DNA of 64,000 nucleotides. It comes from Torpedo marmorata. Taxonomy: Eukaryota. The stretch covers positions 151,528,001 through 151,592,000 of the forward strand of contig OZ360220.1 of assembly GCA_977017645.1 (NCBI GenBank). The letters run 5' to 3'. Shown one piece after another: positions 59,826-64,000 of this stretch. A model generated the notes under the pieces. It was given only the letters and a program-made list of their open reading frames with translations. It searched no databases and was not told where the DNA came from. Made by a program: the position numbers and the translations under genes. Position 1 is the stretch's first letter; every line of letters starts with the position of its first letter.

Positions 59826-62059
59826 AATGTTTCAATCATGGGCCACGCCAGGTTGGCACATTGATTCCGAGTGAGTTAAGTCAACAGAAGAGACTTCTGC
59901 TGTTCTTCTACCGAAAACAACAACTGAAAAAGTTGCAACTGAAGTAGTTTGTAGCCATCAGCTCAAACACAGAAATACGTTAAAGCAATTTCTGATCACG
60001 TGGTCTTAGCAATGAGAACTTGCACACAATTCCAAACTCGACTTCCATTTGGGAGAGGCAACATGATAGTGGGGAGGGGTAGCTGGGGAACAACAAGTAT
60101 AAAAGTATTCGCATCTTGCTTTAAACAAAAGCCCAGGAGATCAGTGGTCCAGTCGATGGGAAAAACAGTGAGCTGCCCTCTGCAGCTTTTGTGTTTCTCT
60201 ATCGGCTAGTTGATAGAACTGCTTTCACTTAAACTGATCAATTCACACTTTTGGCCATTTCTATCACTTGAAATATACCACAGCAATGTAATAAACGGGC
60301 AGTCAGTAACTCCTACACCCCACTCCCCCAGGCACTTTAAGCCTCCTTTTTAAAAAGATCCATTATACTTAATCACCACCTGATTCTTACTAAATTAACA
60401 TAGGTTTACATAGTAATGAGCTCTAAATTGAGGCTCTTTCTTTTTTAATTAAGCTCCCAGCAGGTGCAGATATAACTGATTACTTAAGAATATTCAGACA
60501 TCATTGGCCCAAAGGATGATGCTGCCAGGAACAAATTTTAAAATCTGCAGGCATTACATATCTAATCATCCTTTTGCATTACATTTGAAAATTATATATA
60601 ATTCATTTTATCTCATACAATAAAATAGAATGGGAAAGCAAGTGGGTTTTTGGTCATCAGCTTGAACCCACTGAAGAATATTGGTTGCCCATTTGCACTT
60701 GCCCATTCCCTGGAACTAACTGAGTGTGGGAGAGCATGTGCAGAGGGACAATGATCAGTGATTTTTCTCCCCCAATTTAACTGATATCATCTTTGCTCAG
60801 TAGGACTATATCCAATCTTGGCCTTTCCCCCACAATAATGATAATATTATAATATACATTGTGCAATGTATATATGCACTGAAATTTTTACTTGCTGCAG
60901 TCAAACAGGTACTTCGTAAAATAAAAATACAAAAGCAACTTAAAACAACTACAATAGTATACCTAATTGAATTTAAAAAGTCAATAAATACAAAAATAGG
61001 TAGATAATAAATATTCAGTTATCCCAGTGCTAAAAAGATGCAAAAGTGCAGACAGTCCTTTTGTGGTGTTGGAGCAGTCCCTGATTAGTGTAATAAGGGG
61101 CATTTCAAAACCTGATTTTTGTTGGAAAGAAACTGATCTTGAACTAGAGGTTCTGGTCTTCAGGCTTCTGGAGGCAGCGGTGAGAAGGGGCTGTGACAAG
61201 AGTGATGGGGTCCTTCACGATGTTGGCTGCCTTCTTGAGGCAGTGTCTCACATAGATGCAGTCAATGGATGGAAGGTTGGAGCCTATTCCCTCCTTTTTA
61301 AGATTGCTATCTCCACTTACCATCTTAGTCTGGGAAAACAGTCTGACCCCACACGTTGACTGTCCATTTCATCCATGGACACTGCCTGACCTCCAGCTCC
61401 CTTTCGTTTCCTCAAACAAAGCATCCATAGTTTCTTGTGTTCTCCGCTACATAGTATCATCACTTTTGAAATTCGATTCCAAAATCCTGTTCATTTGAAG
61501 GCATGTCTTCATTTCCAAAATACTTCAGGCAGATCATTCAGATTCCTGCCAGCTATCAGGTCATTGGTAACCCTTCCTCAACAGTGTTCAGGGCCTCACC
61601 TCAGAACCTCTACTCAAGGTTCAGCACTACCCATTGTGTGCCTGCTTCATGTCTGGATGGTGAAGGGTGTTGGATGCCTGGGAGTTAGTCCAGAGGGTAG
61701 AAGGTTCATTATTGTCCTTTCCTTTACAATATTCACATTCAGCTGCAAATGTAGTGCAACCAAGCATTCCTTCACCAAAGTATTATTACTATTTTTCCAT
61801 TGATCAAATTCATTTTTCCATACAGGTGTTGGGGTTTAGCACCAACATTTATTGTCTTATTTATTTTCCCTTCTCCGCCAAGTGTTCTGACACGGGCCCC
61901 AAGTAGTAGAAACAACAGTGATAACGCTGACATGTTGAAATTTAAGAATTCTCTTGCCAAGTACATGCTCTCGTTTCTCTCCCACATTGCTTGCCAAAGG
62001 CCGCAGTGTTATTGTTGAGAAGTCATTTCTCACCATCTCTTCACACGGTGTATCGAGTC

Positions 62060-62725
62060 ATCCAGCAGGGAAGCAGGCCATTTGGCCCATCAAGTCTGTG
62101 CCAACATCAAGCACCCAGTTCCATGAAGCCAAAACTAATCCTACTTTGATCTTTCTGCATTCCCATCAACTCCCTCCAGATTGTACACAGACATAGGGGC
62201 CAAGTAACCAAGCAACTCACATGATTTGGGGGAATAACTAGAGCACCCGGTGGTCAGGATCGAACCCGGATTGCTAGAGCTATGTGCTCTTTCAGCTGTG
62301 CCTTAGAGCCATAGAGTTATACAGCACAGAACAGGCCCTTTGTCCCAACTTGTCCTTGCCAATCATTCTGGGCTAGTCCCATTTACCTGTGATTGGTCCA
62401 TTTCCTTCAAAGCCCTTCCTATCCATACATCTGTCCAAATGTCTTTTGAAAGTCAAAATTATACTCACTTCTACAGCTTTCTCTGGCAGCTCATACCAAA
62501 TATGGACCACCCCCTAAGTGAAAGTTGTCCTCAGATCCCTCTTCAATCTCTCCCCTCTCACCTTCAACCTATGCCCTCTAGTTCTAGATGTCTACCCTGG
62601 GACAAAGACTGTGAGCGCTCATTTTATCCATAGTCCTCATGATTTTATAAACCTCTGTAAGATCACTCCTCAGCCTCCTTCCATCTAGGGAACAAAGACC
62701 CAGCCTATTGAAACTCTTCCTGTAA
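62060..62725 (-). mobile_element. SINE remnant (62060-62300) and CR1 3' fragment (62305-62725)
   Basis: 'caggatcgaacccgg' (B box on -), and CR1 tail 'catagagttatacagcacagaacaggcc'. Confidence 0.65.
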
Positions 62726-64000
62726 CACATGGCTGTACATGCTATGATGGGAAACTCTCCTGCTTACATCCAAAGGCCTTTCTGTCATCTAGAAGGCAAA
62801 AGGTTGGTCTACATTGGTATACTCTTCACTTGTCTGTACAAGAACAGCCCCACCAACACTGAGAAAGTTCAATATCATCCAGGACAATGTAGCCTGCTTG
62901 ACTGGTACCCCACCCATCACCCAAAACATTCTCTCCCTCCTCCACTGATGCACTGTGTCTGACGTATGGACCATCCATAAAATGCACAGCAACAACTCAT
63001 CAAATATTATTTGAAAGCACTTTGCAAACCTGTGGCATCCATCACCAAGGAGTTGGGTAGCAGATGCATGGGAATACCACTACCTGCAGTGGCCATCACC
63101 TTCATGGTCACTGGGTCTAAATCCTGCCCAATAGCTGTGACCATCCTGAAGTATTTGAGAAAGAAGACCTGACTTCATCAGAAGAACTGCAATGGTTCAC
63201 CTTCTTAAGGGATGATCAATAAATGCTGGCCTTGCCACCAACACCCAGCTCTTGTAAGTGAATAATAGGTGTTAGATTCTTCGGTTTTATTGTGACCAAG
63301 AGGCTCATTAGCCGCTGTAGAACTTTACTGTGGTTGATGGTTACTTATTCATTGCTACTTAAAAATTTGTAACCTCCACAGTCACCACGGAACAACTCAG
63401 TGCCCTGAAGCAACTTCACAGGCAGTGGCCTTGATTTATTTCTCTCCATTTCTCCAGTAAGCTGATAAATGTAACGGCTCTCAGTGTCAGGAAATATGTG
63501 AACACTTAATGTTCTTGCAGAAATTCCTGAAGGACTTGCTCTGCGTTGAGTAAATCATGTCACTACCCCTGTTCCTCAGTGTTCTCGTAACACATTTTAC
63601 AAAGTTGATCAGACTATTGTTGACTGCAGCTCAGAAAAAAAACTTTATTGATTGAAATGTGCTTTGGAATATCTTCAGGTCGTGAAAGGCCATATGGAAA
63701 TTGATTGTGATAAAACATCTTGTGTGATCTTGGACTCTCTCCACCAATTGAGTTTTAATTGGTAACCTAATGTATTTCAATGAAATAAAGAGAAAGGCCC
63801 ATGGGATATGATCTACAATCCTCTTGCAGCACAGTCTTTTAAATGTTATTTTGTAATCATTTTGAGATATAAATGGATACTGATACCTTCCTCAAAGCTT
63901 TTGTAAGGTTTGCATTTAAAAGTTTTTATACGGATGTTAGCATTTACGTTCAATGGTAAAAACAATCCTGGTTTCAGGGTCCCAGTTCGAGACTCTGACA

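Larger units (their letters stand above)
32478..64000 (-). other. lmx1b: lmx1b intron 2 (partial)
   Basis: No LIM1-encoding exon seen upstream of the LIM2 exon in the window. Vertebrate LMX1B is known to have a very large second intron. Confidence 0.8.

Overview
Vertebrate genomic DNA, almost certainly from a cartilaginous fish (inferred from HE1/V-SINE-like SINEs and the CR1, Rex1/Babar and Penelope content). The window holds the 3' part of the LIM-homeodomain gene lmx1b on the minus strand. Six coding exons were placed by hand at GT/AG junctions with consistent phases: 32245-32477, 23590-23768, 22179-22256, 20005-20071, 18535-18696 and 4442-4599. A repeat-poor 3' UTR follows, and more than 31 kb of the large intron 2 runs off the right end (exons 1-2 and LIM1 are not in the window). 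The introns are dense with repeats: CR1, L1, RTE, Rex1/Babar and Penelope-like retroelements, SINEs, hAT and Harbinger-like MITEs, a GA-rich array and a 3.1-kb 11/18-bp minisatellite. The most unusual structures are: a near-perfect 209-bp Penelope-derived palindrome with back-to-back hammerhead-ribozyme-like cores; a composite double-MITE hAT element whose arms appear to evolve in concert; a 97-bp direct repeat flanking an L1 3' fragment; and direct repeats bracketing the homeodomain recognition-helix exon. No new protein-coding system is supported. The long repeat ORFs are compositional artefacts.
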